A DNA stretch of 64,000 nucleotides from Thermoleophilaceae bacterium (lineage in GTDB: Bacteria; Actinomycetota; Thermoleophilia; Solirubrobacterales; Thermoleophilaceae). Of the stretch, positions 1 to 9,356 are shown piece by piece. Positions within the stretch are counted from its first letter, which is position 1, and each line of letters begins with the position of its first letter. Under the pieces are notes generated by a model, which saw nothing but the letters and a program-made list of their open reading frames with translations, searched no databases and was not told where the DNA came from. The stretch covers positions 2,777 through 66,776 of the forward strand of contig JAXDIE010000023.1 of NCBI GenBank assembly GCA_034664165.1, written 5' to 3'. The position numbers and the translations under genes are program-made.

Positions 1-4
1 GCAC

Positions 5-1636
5 ATGCGCTGGTGGGGTTGGGGAACCGACGGCCACGACGCACCGCTGCCTCCCGCGGCGGACGCCCTGCTGGGCGAGGAGCTCGGCACCGCTCCCGGG
101 CGCCTGGTTCCAGCGCCGCTCGAGCGCGTAGCGCTCGAGGAGTCCCGGCTCGCCCCGCCCGCCCACGCGGAGCTGGCCGGCATCGTCGGCGACGACCACG
201 TTAGGACGGACAGGCTCTCCCGGGTGACACACGCGGGCGGGCGGAGCTACCCGGATCTGGTCCGCCTGCGCGCCGGCCAGGCGGAGTTCGCCCCCGATGC
301 CGTCGTGGAACCCGCCGACGGTGATGAGGTGGCCGGCCTGCTGGCCGCGTGCGCGCGCCTGGGCGTGGCCGTTGTGCCCTTTGGCGGCGGCACCAGCGTG
401 GTGGGTGGTGTCGAGGCTCTCCGCGGGCCGTTTGACTCGGTGGTCTCCGTCGACTTGCGCAGGCTCACCGGCGTCCTTTCGGCCGACCCCCACTCGCTGC
501 TTGCCACCATCGCCGCCGGCACCCTTGGGCCCGCTGCCGAGGCCGAGCTGGGCGCACGCGGCCTGACACTGGGGCACTTCCCGCAAAGCTTCGAGTTCTC
601 GACGGTGGGCGGTTGGGTGGCCACGCGCTCGGCCGGCCAGTCATCCACCGGCTACGGCCGCATCGACGAGCTCGTGGTAGCGATGAAGGTTGCCACGCCG
701 TCGGGCTGGGTCGAGTCGATCGCCGTGCCGGCCAGCGCCGCCGGGCCCGACCTGCGCGAGCTGCTGATCGGCTCGGAGGGCACCATGGGGATCATCACCG
801 AGGCCACCTTCAGGGTGCGGCCGGCACCACGGGAGCGCCGCTACGAGGCATGGTCCTTTCGCACATGGGAGGCCGGGGCCGATGCCCTGCGCGAGCTCGA
901 GCAGTCAGGCCATGCCCCCGACGTTGCCCGGCTCTCCGATGAGGACGAGACCCGGCTCTCCATGACGCTTTCGAGTGGCGTGGGCGCCAAGGCGCTCGCG
1001 CGCTACCTCGGCGCGCGCGGCCATGCCGATGGGTGCCTTGCGATCACGGGCTTCGAGGGCGATCCGGAGGAGATCGCCTACCGGCGCTACCGCGCCCGCT
1101 CGATCCTGCGCGGCCATGGTGCGCTGGGCTTGGGAACCGCCCCCGCCGAGAAATGGGTGCAGGGGCGATTCCACGGCCCTTACCTACGGGACGAGCTGCT
1201 GGCCCGCGGGATCATGGTCGACACCCTCGAGACGGCCACGACCTGGACCGGCGCGATGGGCCTCTACGAGGCGGTGCGATCGGCGATCCTTGGCGCGATC
1301 GGCGAGCGCGGCCATCGCGGGCGCGTGATGTGCCACATCTCGCACCTCTACCCCACTGGCTGCTCGCTCTACTTCACGTTCCTCACGCGCCAGGAACAGG
1401 GCACCGAGATGGAGCAGTGGCATGCGGTGAAGTCCGCAGCCGGCGATGCCATCGCGTCGGCCGGCGGCACCATCAGCCACCACCACGCCGTGGGGCGCGA
1501 CCATGCTCCATGGCTCGGCCGCGAGGTCGGGGAACTTGGCCTGGACCTGATCCGGGCAGCCAAGGCCACGCTGGACCCGGAGGGAGTAATGAACCCGGGC
1601 AAGCTGGTAGACGGGGCGCCGCTTCCCGGCGCCTGA
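5..1636 (+). CDS. FAD-linked oxidase, alkyl-DHAP-synthase/GlcD-like
   Basis: 543-aa ORF. N-terminal MRWWGWG is typical of AGPS-like flavoenzymes. FAD-binding segment VVPFGGGTSVVGG; C-terminal GGTISHHHAVGRDH. The start is 4 nt from the window edge, so upstream context is unseen. Confidence 0.8.
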   Translation: MRWWGWGTDGHDAPLPPAADALLGEELGTAPGRLVPAPLERVALEESRLAPPAHAELAGIVGDDHVRTDRLSRVTHAGGRSYPDLVRLRAGQAEFAPDAVVEPADGDEVAGLLAACARLGVAVVPFGGGTSVVGGVEALRGPFDSVVSVDLRRLTGVLSADPHSLLATIAAGTLGPAAEAELGARGLTLGHFPQSFEFSTVGGWVATRSAGQSSTGYGRIDELVVAMKVATPSGWVESIAVPASAAGPDLRELLIGSEGTMGIITEATFRVRPAPRERRYEAWSFRTWEAGADALRELEQSGHAPDVARLSDEDETRLSMTLSSGVGAKALARYLGARGHADGCLAITGFEGDPEEIAYRRYRARSILRGHGALGLGTAPAEKWVQGRFHGPYLRDELLARGIMVDTLETATTWTGAMGLYEAVRSAILGAIGERGHRGRVMCHISHLYPTGCSLYFTFLTRQEQGTEMEQWHAVKSAAGDAIASAGGTISHHHAVGRDHAPWLGREVGELGLDLIRAAKATLDPEGVMNPGKLVDGAPLPGA

Positions 1637-1672
1637 GAGAACCAGGACAGACACTCAAACGGAGGAGAACAA

Positions 1673-2089
1673 ATGGGACGCGAACAGGTCGACGTGACAC
1701 AGGAGTGGGCGGCGCCGGTCGAGAAGGTCTTCGACTACCTCGGCGAGCACGAGAACCTCAGCAAGGTCTTCGGCATCAAGGTCGAGCGGCTGCGGAGCGG
1801 CGATACGGACCGTAACGGCGTGGGCTCGGTTCGCAAGCTGGGCATCGGGCCGATCACCTTCGAGGAGACCGTGACGGACTACAAGGCCAACGAGCTCATC
1901 GAATACACGATCACCAAGGGCACGCCCCTGAAGGACCACCTGGGCACGATGCGCTTCAGCTCGACCCCGAGCGGCGGCAGCAGGCTCCACTACACGATCG
2001 CCATCGAAGGTCCGCCGATCATCACGACCCTGGTCCGGATGCAGCTCCAGCGCTCGCTGTCGAGCGCGCTGCCCAAGATCCCGGTCTGA
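1673..2089 (+). CDS. SRPBCC/START-like small protein
   Basis: 138-aa ORF with GGAGGAG RBS just upstream. Size and N-terminal pattern (W..PVEKVFDYL) resemble polyketide-cyclase/SRPBCC proteins. Family call by eye only. Confidence 0.55.
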   Translation: MGREQVDVTQEWAAPVEKVFDYLGEHENLSKVFGIKVERLRSGDTDRNGVGSVRKLGIGPITFEETVTDYKANELIEYTITKGTPLKDHLGTMRFSSTPSGGSRLHYTIAIEGPPIITTLVRMQLQRSLSSALPKIPV

Positions 2090-2449
2090 TCAGCGAACGT
2101 GCAGGGTGCCCTTCATCCTCGGATGGATGCTGCAGAAATAGCCGTATGTACCGCGCTTGAGGGCGCTCACGCCCGTCACGCTCGCGGACCCACCGAACGT
2201 GATGTCCTTGCTACGGAACACGGGGCGGTGCTTCTTGAGCTTGGTGGCCGTGACGTTGTGCGGCGCCAGATCGAAGTTCTGGAAGCTGAGGCCCCCGCCC
2301 CGCGAAATGGTCACGTTGGTGGTCGAATAGTTGCTGCCGGCGGAGCCGAGAGAAGCCAGAATGGTGCCGTTGGCGGCCAACGCCGGCGGGGCGAGCGCCG
2401 CCAGGGCCACAACGCCGATCATCAGGGGCGGGATCCGTCTCACAGCCAC
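2090..2449 (-). CDS. secreted type-1 (blue) copper protein, amicyanin/plastocyanin-like cupredoxin
   Basis: 119 aa with GTG start. Signal peptide MAVRRIPPLMIGVVALAALAPPALA. Copper ligand pattern: His in APHNV, then C-x2-H-x2-M in YFCSIHPRM. Confidence 0.8.
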   Translation of the reverse strand: MAVRRIPPLMIGVVALAALAPPALAANGTILASLGSAGSNYSTTNVTISRGGGLSFQNFDLAPHNVTATKLKKHRPVFRSKDITFGGSASVTGVSALKRGTYGYFCSIHPRMKGTLHVR

Positions 2450-2466
2450 CCAGGATATCCACGCTG

Positions 2467-3270
2467 ATGACCGAGCTCGACCGCGACACCGCTTTGAGGC
2501 CGCTCGGCGACGGCCGGTACGAGGGCGCGGTGGCCGAGGGGTGGAACACGCCGCGCGGGCCGCTCGGTGGATACGTCATGGCCATCCTGCTCCGGGGGCT
2601 GATCGAAGAGGTTGGCGATCCCGAGCGCCAAGTCCGCTCGCTGACGGTCAACTTCCTGCGATCGCCCGTGCCGGGGCCGGTCACGGTGAAGGCCGTGATC
2701 GAGCGCGTCGGGCGGTCGCTGACCACGACGACGGGCAGGCTCGAACAGGACGGCAAGGCCATCGCCATCGCCATCGCGACCTTCTCCAAGCCCTGGCCCG
2801 GGAGCCCCGAGTTCTTCGCCAACCCCATGCCTGCGGTGGAGCCGGCGGACCCGGACGGCGATTCCACGCAGGGGCTCCCACCGGGCAAACGGCCGCCGTT
2901 CGCCGACCGCCTCCGCATGCAGGTGCGCTTCGGCGCTCCGCTGTTCAGCGGAGCCGACAGCTCCCAGGTGGGTGGATGGCTGGGACTGCGCGACCCGCAT
3001 CCGCTGGATGCGCTGGCCGTGGCCCTGCTCACCGACGCCTGGTTTCCGGCGCCGTGGCCGCGACTGACGGAGCTCACTCCGGCTCCCACGATCGAGCTAT
3101 CGGTGTACTTCCGCTGTCCCCTCCCACTGCCCGCGGGCCCGCTTCTGGGCCGGTTCACCTCACGCGAGGCGCGCGCGGGCTTCTTCGACGAGGACGGCGA
3201 GCTGTGGGCGCCTGACGGGACGCTCGTGGCGCAGTCGCGGCAGCTCGCGCTGCTGATTCCACCGCACTAG
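2467..3270 (+). CDS. thioesterase-superfamily protein (acyl-CoA thioesterase II-like double hotdog)
   Basis: 267 aa. Pattern GWNTPRGPLGGYVMAILLRG ... VNFLRSP ... resembles TesB-like thioesterases. By eye only. Confidence 0.55.
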   Translation: MTELDRDTALRPLGDGRYEGAVAEGWNTPRGPLGGYVMAILLRGLIEEVGDPERQVRSLTVNFLRSPVPGPVTVKAVIERVGRSLTTTTGRLEQDGKAIAIAIATFSKPWPGSPEFFANPMPAVEPADPDGDSTQGLPPGKRPPFADRLRMQVRFGAPLFSGADSSQVGGWLGLRDPHPLDALAVALLTDAWFPAPWPRLTELTPAPTIELSVYFRCPLPLPAGPLLGRFTSREARAGFFDEDGELWAPDGTLVAQSRQLALLIPPH

Positions 3271-3277
3271 TCCGCGC

Positions 3278-4687
3278 CTACGGGCGGCGTGCGCGCATCA
3301 CCACGGTGGCCCCCTCCTTGGGGATCATCGTGACGTTGCGATGCACCGCCCGTTCGGGCCTGGGGTCCGGCGCCACCAGGTCGACGCGGCGCATGACCGC
3401 CTCCATCACCACCCGCTGCTCCGCCATCGCCAGCGTCGCGCCCAGACAGCGCCTGATGCCGCCGCCGAAGGGGATCCATTCGTAGGTCCCCGGCTTGTGC
3501 CCGAGGAAACGCTCCAGGCGGAACGTGTGCGGGTCGGGATAGAGGTCCTCTCGCTGGTGGAGCAGCAGGATGCTCATGGCAACCGGCGTGTCGGCCGGGA
3601 CTGCGTACCTGCCCAGGCGCCACGGCACGGTGACCCGTCGCCCGATGATGGGGATCACCGGCCTGATCCGCATGCCCTCGATGATCGCGGCCTCCACGTG
3701 CTCGGCCGAATCCTCATCGCTGCGCACGGCGTCGCGCAGCCGCTCGTACGCCGCGGGCGTGCGCAGCATCCGCTCGAACGTCCACGCAAGGGAATTCGCC
3801 GTGGTCTCGTGCCCGGCCAGGACCAGGGTCAGCAGCTCATCGCGCAGGTGGCTGTCGGTGAGCGGCTCGCCATCCTCCGTGGTCGTGCGCAGCAGCATCG
3901 AGAGGATGTCCGACCCGGACTCGTAGGCCCCCGACGCACGGCGCTTGCGGATCACGGCATAGGTCGGCTTGTCGAGCAGCGTGATCCCGGCACGCGTGCC
4001 GGCGACCGGCTCGTCCCGGCCGATGTTCAGCAGCTCGGAGACCTGTGCGACGGGCGTGGTCGAGAGCCTGACCAGCACCTTGATGGCGGCGCGGAGCGCG
4101 TACTCGGGGCTGCCCGGAGCGGGACGGCCCTCGATGCCGAAGATGCCCGACATGATCACATCGAGGGTGATGGCCTGCATCCGCGGAGCCAGCTGGAACT
4201 CGCGACCGGTCTGCCAGCGGTTGATCTCCCGCTCGGTCACATCGGAGATCATCGCCACGTAGCGCTCGACCGCATCGCCGTGGAACGGGGGCAGCAACAG
4301 CTTGCGCTGGCGCATGTGGTGGTCACCGAGCGCCGTGAGGGTGGAGTTGGGGCCCACGATCGGGCGAAGCGGCGACTCGCCGGTCAGCGACGGGGCCAGG
4401 GCCGGCTGTGCCGTGAAGAGCGATCGCACGTGATCCGGGTGGCTGGTGATTGCGGGGTTCCCCCGGATCATCCCGCGCAGCGTGAAGACGTCGCCCCCAT
4501 ACGCGCGGTCCCAGCGCCTGAGGAAGTCACCCTGGCGAAGGCTGAACTGCAGTGTCTGCATCAGCCGCGGGCGGGGAATCAGCGGCGGGGCCGGCAGCCG
4601 GACGTCCTGATCCTCCAGCGGGCCGGCGGGCGACGGCGGGACCTGGCCGATCCAGGGATTGGGCGGCGCCTGGGTGGTTGCGCTCAC
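3278..4687 (-). CDS. cytochrome P450
   Basis: 469 aa with GTG start and GAGGAGG RBS. I-helix LAGHETT, ExxR (EGMRIRP), heme-thiolate loop FGGGIRRCLGATLA. Confidence 0.92.
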   Translation of the reverse strand: MSATTQAPPNPWIGQVPPSPAGPLEDQDVRLPAPPLIPRPRLMQTLQFSLRQGDFLRRWDRAYGGDVFTLRGMIRGNPAITSHPDHVRSLFTAQPALAPSLTGESPLRPIVGPNSTLTALGDHHMRQRKLLLPPFHGDAVERYVAMISDVTEREINRWQTGREFQLAPRMQAITLDVIMSGIFGIEGRPAPGSPEYALRAAIKVLVRLSTTPVAQVSELLNIGRDEPVAGTRAGITLLDKPTYAVIRKRRASGAYESGSDILSMLLRTTTEDGEPLTDSHLRDELLTLVLAGHETTANSLAWTFERMLRTPAAYERLRDAVRSDEDSAEHVEAAIIEGMRIRPVIPIIGRRVTVPWRLGRYAVPADTPVAMSILLLHQREDLYPDPHTFRLERFLGHKPGTYEWIPFGGGIRRCLGATLAMAEQRVVMEAVMRRVDLVAPDPRPERAVHRNVTMIPKEGATVVMRARRP

Positions 4688-4745
4688 GATCGCATCCTCC
4701 TCATCAAGTCATCAAGGAATGTGACACCAACTGATGACAAGGTTA

Positions 4746-5372
4746 TCACCGCCAGTTGGGCACGCCCACCACGATCATCGCGAGTTGCTTCTCTGCCGTC
4801 CGGATGACGTCCTGTTCGGCGGCGCCGCCCTCAGCCGGCACCTCCAGCAGATCTTCGACGATCAGGACCATCGCGTTCACGAAGAGGGCGGCCAGCGCCT
4901 GAAGGTCCTCCGTGCCCCAGTCCTTGAGAAACGGAAACCGCGCCAGGTCGGTGGCCAGCTCGGTGGAGACCAGCCGGATCTCGCCGCGGATGGCGTGGCG
5001 CAGGACGGCGTTCCCGCTGAACCGCTCGCGGGCGATGAACCGGAAGTGCGCGCGGCTCTCGTGGACGCTGCGCACCAGTGTCTCCACCGATCCCCGGATG
5101 ACCTGCTCGGAGCGCAGCGTGTCTGCTCGCGCCGAGCGGAGCATCTGGCGGAGCGTGCGAAACGACTCGTCGACCAGCACCAGGCCGAGCTCGTCCATGC
5201 TCTCGAAGTGGCGGTAGAAGGCAGTCGGCACGACCCCCGCCGCGCGGGCCACCTCGCGCAGGCTCAATGCGCTGAAGCTGTTGCTCTCAAGAAGGCTGAG
5301 CGCTGCTCCCAGGAGTTCGTCCCTGGTCTGCTGCTTGCGCTCCTGCCGCGACTGTGAAGCACGTGTGTTCAC
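4746..5372 (-). CDS. TetR family transcriptional regulator
   Basis: 208 aa. N-terminal HTH SLREVARAAGVVPTAFYRHF. Divergent from the reductase/desaturase pair. Confidence 0.85.
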   Translation of the reverse strand: MNTRASQSRQERKQQTRDELLGAALSLLESNSFSALSLREVARAAGVVPTAFYRHFESMDELGLVLVDESFRTLRQMLRSARADTLRSEQVIRGSVETLVRSVHESRAHFRFIARERFSGNAVLRHAIRGEIRLVSTELATDLARFPFLKDWGTEDLQALAALFVNAMVLIVEDLLEVPAEGGAAEQDVIRTAEKQLAMIVVGVPNWR

Positions 5373-5428
5373 AGATCTAGTGTGACGGAACTCACAGACA
5401 TGAGGCTAACCAATCGGATTTCCTGGGT

Positions 5429-5442
5429 ACTGTGTGTACAGT
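5429..5442. promoter_or_regulatory. candidate TetR operator (ACTGT-N4-ACAGT palindrome)
   Basis: actgtgtgtacagt lies in the 97-bp divergent region between the TetR gene (start 5372) and the reductase (ATG 5470). Confidence 0.3.
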
Positions 5443-5469
5443 CGTACACTGAAACTTCGAGAGGACAAG

Positions 5470-6546
5470 ATGACCGCAACAACCACCAAGCGCCCGTTCG
5501 GAGTCGGCCTGCTCGACGCCCTGGCCGGGCCGCACGGCATTGACCGCTACCTCGAGATCCTGCGGCCCGTCTGGTCGCTCGGCGACGCCCGGGCACAGGT
5601 CACCGAGGTGCGCCGCCCCACTCGCGACAGCGTCACCCTGACACTGCGGCCCAACCGCGGCTGGTCCGGCTTCACCGCCGGCCAGTTCATCCGGATGGGC
5701 GTCGAGATCAACGGCGTCCGCGAGACCCGCTGCTACTCCCCGGCCTGCTCGGAGGGCGCCCACGGCGTCATCGAGATCACGGTGCGCAGGCATCCCGAAG
5801 GCAAGGTCTCGGGATTCCTCGTCGACAACGCGCGCCCTGGGATGCACGTCGAGCTCTCGGAAGCCGACGGCGACTTCATCCTTCCCGCGGAGCGCCCGGC
5901 CCACGTCCTGCTGCTCAGTGGCGGCAGCGGGATCACCCCGGTGATGGCCATGCTGCGCACGCTGTGCGAGGAGGGGCACCGTGGCTCAATCACGTTCCTG
6001 CACTACTCCCGAGGCCCGGCCGACGTTGCCTACAAGGCCGAGCTGGACGAGCTGGCTCGCCGCCACCCCAACGTCCGGGTGGTCCACGGCCATACGCGCG
6101 AGGCCGGCGGCGACCTTGCCGGCCACATCGACGCGGGCCATCTCCGCGCCGCCCGGGTCGACCCCGCTTGCACGCCCGCTTTCGCCTGCGGCCCGCCCAG
6201 CCTCATCGAGGCGGCCCGGCAGCTCTGGCCCGATGAGTTGCTTCACACGGAGAGCTTCCTCCCGCCTTCGCTGACCATCATCGGCGACGACGCCACGGGC
6301 AGCATCAGCTTCACCGGCAGCGGGCAGCGCGTCGAAAACGACGGCCGCACCCTGCTGGAGCAGGCGGAGCGCGCCGAACTGAGCCCCGACTTCGGTTGCC
6401 GGATGGGCATCTGCAAGACCTGCACGTGCCGGAAGACGGCCGGAGTCGTGCGTAACGCCCTGACCGGCCAGGTCTCTGCGGCCGAGGACGAGGACATCCA
6501 GATCTGCGTATCGGTGCCCGTCGGCGACGTGGCACTCGAGCTTTGA
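5470..6546 (+). CDS. ferredoxin-NAD(P) reductase-type oxidoreductase with C-terminal 2Fe-2S domain (desaturase electron donor)
   Basis: The track ORF starts at 5434. I prefer the ATG at 5470, preceded by GAGAGGA. FAD motif RCYS, NAD motif LLLSGGSGITP, 2Fe-2S cysteines CRMGICKTCTC. The arrangement resembles the Rv3230c partner of DesA3. Confidence 0.85.
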   Translation: MTATTTKRPFGVGLLDALAGPHGIDRYLEILRPVWSLGDARAQVTEVRRPTRDSVTLTLRPNRGWSGFTAGQFIRMGVEINGVRETRCYSPACSEGAHGVIEITVRRHPEGKVSGFLVDNARPGMHVELSEADGDFILPAERPAHVLLLSGGSGITPVMAMLRTLCEEGHRGSITFLHYSRGPADVAYKAELDELARRHPNVRVVHGHTREAGGDLAGHIDAGHLRAARVDPACTPAFACGPPSLIEAARQLWPDELLHTESFLPPSLTIIGDDATGSISFTGSGQRVENDGRTLLEQAERAELSPDFGCRMGICKTCTCRKTAGVVRNALTGQVSAAEDEDIQICVSVPVGDVALEL

Positions 6547-6575
6547 CACAACAACTTCGATCAAGGAGAGATGAA

Positions 6576-7697
6576 ATGAGCATCACCCACGCACACATGA
6601 CCCCCGAGCAGGCCGAGGCGTTCGGCAAGGAGCTCGACGCCATCCGCGAGCGCGTCCTGGCCGACGTCGGCCAGCGCGACGCCGACTACATCCGCAAGGT
6701 GATCCGGGCCCAGCGCGGCCTCGAGGTCGCGGGTCGCGGACTCATGTTCGCGGGCTTCTTCCCGCCCGCCTGGGTCGCCGGGACGGCCGCCCTGTCCGTC
6801 TCGAAGATCCTCGACAACATGGAGATCGGGCACAACGTGATGCACGGCCAGTACGACTGGATGAAGGACCCGGAGCTGACCAGCAAGGGCTTCGAGTGGG
6901 ACAGCGCCTGCCCGGGCGACCAGTGGCGCCACTCCCACAACTACATGCACCACACCCACACCAACATCCTGGGTAAGGACCGTGACATCGGCTACGGCGT
7001 GCTGCGCATGTCCGAGGACCAGCGCTGGCACCCGTACTACCTGGGCAACCCCCTATACGCCACGCTGCTGGCCACGTTCTTCCAGTACGGCGTGGCCCTG
7101 CACGACCTGGAGGTCGAGGAGATCACGGCCGGGCGCGCCACCTGGGGCGAGAAGCGCGAGATGGCTCAGAAGATCTGGCAGAAGGTCAGGCGCCAGACGC
7201 TCAAGGACTATGTGCTGTTCCCGCTGCTCACCGGCCCCTCGCTGCCGTTCACCCTGGCCGGCAACGCGGTGGCCAACCTCAACCGCAACCTGTGGTCCTT
7301 CATGATCATCTTCTGCGGCCACTTCCCGGACGGCGTGGAGGAGTTCACCGAGGAGGAGACAGCCGATGAGACCCGCGGTGAGTGGTACTACCGCCAGCTG
7401 CTGGGCTCGGCCAACCTCACCGGCGGCAAGCTCTTCCACATCATGTCGGGCAACCTGAGCCACCAGATCGAGCACCACCTGTTCCCGGACCTGCCGGCCC
7501 ACCGCTATGCGGAGATCTCGGTCGAGGTCAGGGAGATCTGCGAGCGCTACGGACTGCCCTACAACGCGGGCCCTCTGCACCAGCAGTTCGGCAGCGTGGT
7601 GAAGAAGATCTGCAGGCTTGCCCTGCCCGGCCGGGGTGGCAGCGATGCCGCGCCCGCCATGGAGAAGCCCGAGGTGGCACTGGCGGCCGCAGCCTGA
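6576..7697 (+). CDS. membrane fatty-acid (acyl-CoA) desaturase, DesA3-like
   Basis: Three His boxes: HNVMHG, HSHNYMHHTHTN, HQIEHHLFP. ATG at 6576 follows AGGAGA. The track ORF begins at 6543. Confidence 0.9.
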   Translation: MSITHAHMTPEQAEAFGKELDAIRERVLADVGQRDADYIRKVIRAQRGLEVAGRGLMFAGFFPPAWVAGTAALSVSKILDNMEIGHNVMHGQYDWMKDPELTSKGFEWDSACPGDQWRHSHNYMHHTHTNILGKDRDIGYGVLRMSEDQRWHPYYLGNPLYATLLATFFQYGVALHDLEVEEITAGRATWGEKREMAQKIWQKVRRQTLKDYVLFPLLTGPSLPFTLAGNAVANLNRNLWSFMIIFCGHFPDGVEEFTEEETADETRGEWYYRQLLGSANLTGGKLFHIMSGNLSHQIEHHLFPDLPAHRYAEISVEVREICERYGLPYNAGPLHQQFGSVVKKICRLALPGRGGSDAAPAMEKPEVALAAAA

Positions 7698-7710
7698 GAT
7701 CCTTTCGCAC

Positions 7711-7914
7711 ATGGCACGACTTGACGACGCGGAGACGCGCAAGGACGTGATCCAGGCGACGGTCGAATCGGGCGCGACCCACGTCGGCCAGATCGTCGGG
7801 ATCGTGGCCGGCGCGGTGCGGGACGTGACGCGCGAGGTCGGCGACTTCGCGACCGATCTGTTCGAGATGCGAGAGGCCGCGGAGCGCGCCAAGGCGGATG
7901 AGCCCGCCGAGTGA
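7711..7914 (+). CDS. small hypothetical protein (67 aa)
   Basis: ATG at 7711 lies 13 nt after the desaturase stop. Its stop overlaps the GTG of the next gene (GTGA). No recognisable domain. Confidence 0.35.
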   Translation: MARLDDAETRKDVIQATVESGATHVGQIVGIVAGAVRDVTREVGDFATDLFEMREAAERAKADEPAE

Positions 7915-9356
7915 GCCCTCCGCGGGTCGTGATCATCGGCGCCGGGATGTCCGGCATCTGCATGGGCGCGACGCTCGAGCGCCAGGGCATCGCGTCGTAC
8001 ACGATCCTCGAAAAGGGAAACGACGTGGGTGGCACCTGGCGCGAGAACACCTACCCCGGCCTGTCCTGCGACGTCGCCTCGCGCGCCTACTGCTATTCGT
8101 TCGCGCCGAATGCCGGCTGGACCAGCACCTTCCCGCCCGGGCCCGAGGTACACGGTTACTTCAAGGGAGTTGCGCAGAAGGCCGGGGTGTACGACCACGT
8201 CCGCTTCGGCGCCGAGGTCGTGGAGGGCCGCTGGGAGGCCGGGCACTGGGTGCTCGAGCTGAAGAACGGCGACAGGATCGAGGCCGACGTGGTGGTCTCG
8301 GCCTGCGGTGTCCTCCACCACCCCGTCCTGCCCGACATCGAGGGCCTCGAGACCTTCGCCGGCCCCAAGTTCCACTCCGCCCGCTGGGACCACTCCGTGA
8401 AGGTCGACGGCGTCCGCCTGGGTGTGGTGGGAACCGGATCGACCGGCGTGCAGATCACCAAGGCGCTCGGTGGCGTGGCGGCGAAGCTCTCGCTCTTCCA
8501 GCGCTCGCCGCAGTGGGTCTATCCCGTGGGCAACATCCGCTTCTCCCGGCTCAACCGGTTTCTGCATCGGCGCTTCCCTGCGCTGAGCCGCCTGTCCTAT
8601 CGTGGCTGGCAGTGGGCCTACGAGGAGACCTTCGTCAAGGCGACCATGAAGCCAGGGTGGCAGCGGCGAATGATGAGCGGGATGTGCCGTCTGCACGTGC
8701 GCTCGGTCAAAGACCCCGAGCTGCGACGCAAGCTCACGCCAGACACCCAGCCGATGTGCCGGCGCCTGATCATGGGCAAGGGCTTCTACAAGGCGGTGCA
8801 GCGCGATGACGTGGAGGTCATCACCGAGGGCATCGACCGGGTGGTCCCCGAAGGCGTGATCACCGCGGACGGCCGCGTTCATGACCTCGACGTCCTGGTT
8901 CTGGCCACGGGCTTTGACGCGCAGGCCTACCTGCGCCCGATCGAGCTGGTCGGCCCCTCGGGCAACCGTCTGAGCGAGGCTTGGGGCCACAAGCCCCACG
9001 CCTACCGCACGGTCGGCCTTCCCGGGTTCCCCAACTTCTTCATGCTGATGGGCCCCCACAGCCCGGTCGGCAACGTCTCGCTCGTGGCCATCGCCGAGAC
9101 CCAGGCCGACTACATCGCGGGGTGGGTGCGGATGCTCGACAGCGGCCAGACCAGCGCCGCCTCCCCTCGGGCCGACGTGACCGCCCGCTACAACGAGGAG
9201 ATGGTCGCGGCCCTGCCCCAGACCGTCTGGACCACCGGCTGCAAGAGCTGGTACCTGGATGCCGACGGGCTGCCGTCGCTCTGGCCGTGGACGCCCGCGC
9301 GGCATCGCGAGATGCTGGCCGAGCCACAGCTGGAGGAGTTCGAGCCCGTCGCTTAA
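7911..9356 (+). CDS. Baeyer-Villiger / flavin-containing monooxygenase
   Basis: 481 aa. Rossmann motifs IIGAGMSG and VVGTGSTG. BVMO fingerprint FxGxxxHxxxW[PD] present as FAGPKFHSARWD. Confidence 0.8.
   Translation: MSPPRVVIIGAGMSGICMGATLERQGIASYTILEKGNDVGGTWRENTYPGLSCDVASRAYCYSFAPNAGWTSTFPPGPEVHGYFKGVAQKAGVYDHVRFGAEVVEGRWEAGHWVLELKNGDRIEADVVVSACGVLHHPVLPDIEGLETFAGPKFHSARWDHSVKVDGVRLGVVGTGSTGVQITKALGGVAAKLSLFQRSPQWVYPVGNIRFSRLNRFLHRRFPALSRLSYRGWQWAYEETFVKATMKPGWQRRMMSGMCRLHVRSVKDPELRRKLTPDTQPMCRRLIMGKGFYKAVQRDDVEVITEGIDRVVPEGVITADGRVHDLDVLVLATGFDAQAYLRPIELVGPSGNRLSEAWGHKPHAYRTVGLPGFPNFFMLMGPHSPVGNVSLVAIAETQADYIAGWVRMLDSGQTSAASPRADVTARYNEEMVAALPQTVWTTGCKSWYLDADGLPSLWPWTPARHREMLAEPQLEEFEPVA

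Noticed and set aside
4701-4741. Tandem TCATCAAG TCATCAAG and an opposing CTGATGACAAG between the TetR stop and the P450 start, considered as an operator or promoter.
   Set aside because: The repeats are real, but I could not fit a convincing -35/-10 pair or a symmetric operator. They partly overlap the P450 RBS region. Evidence is too weak to list as a feature.
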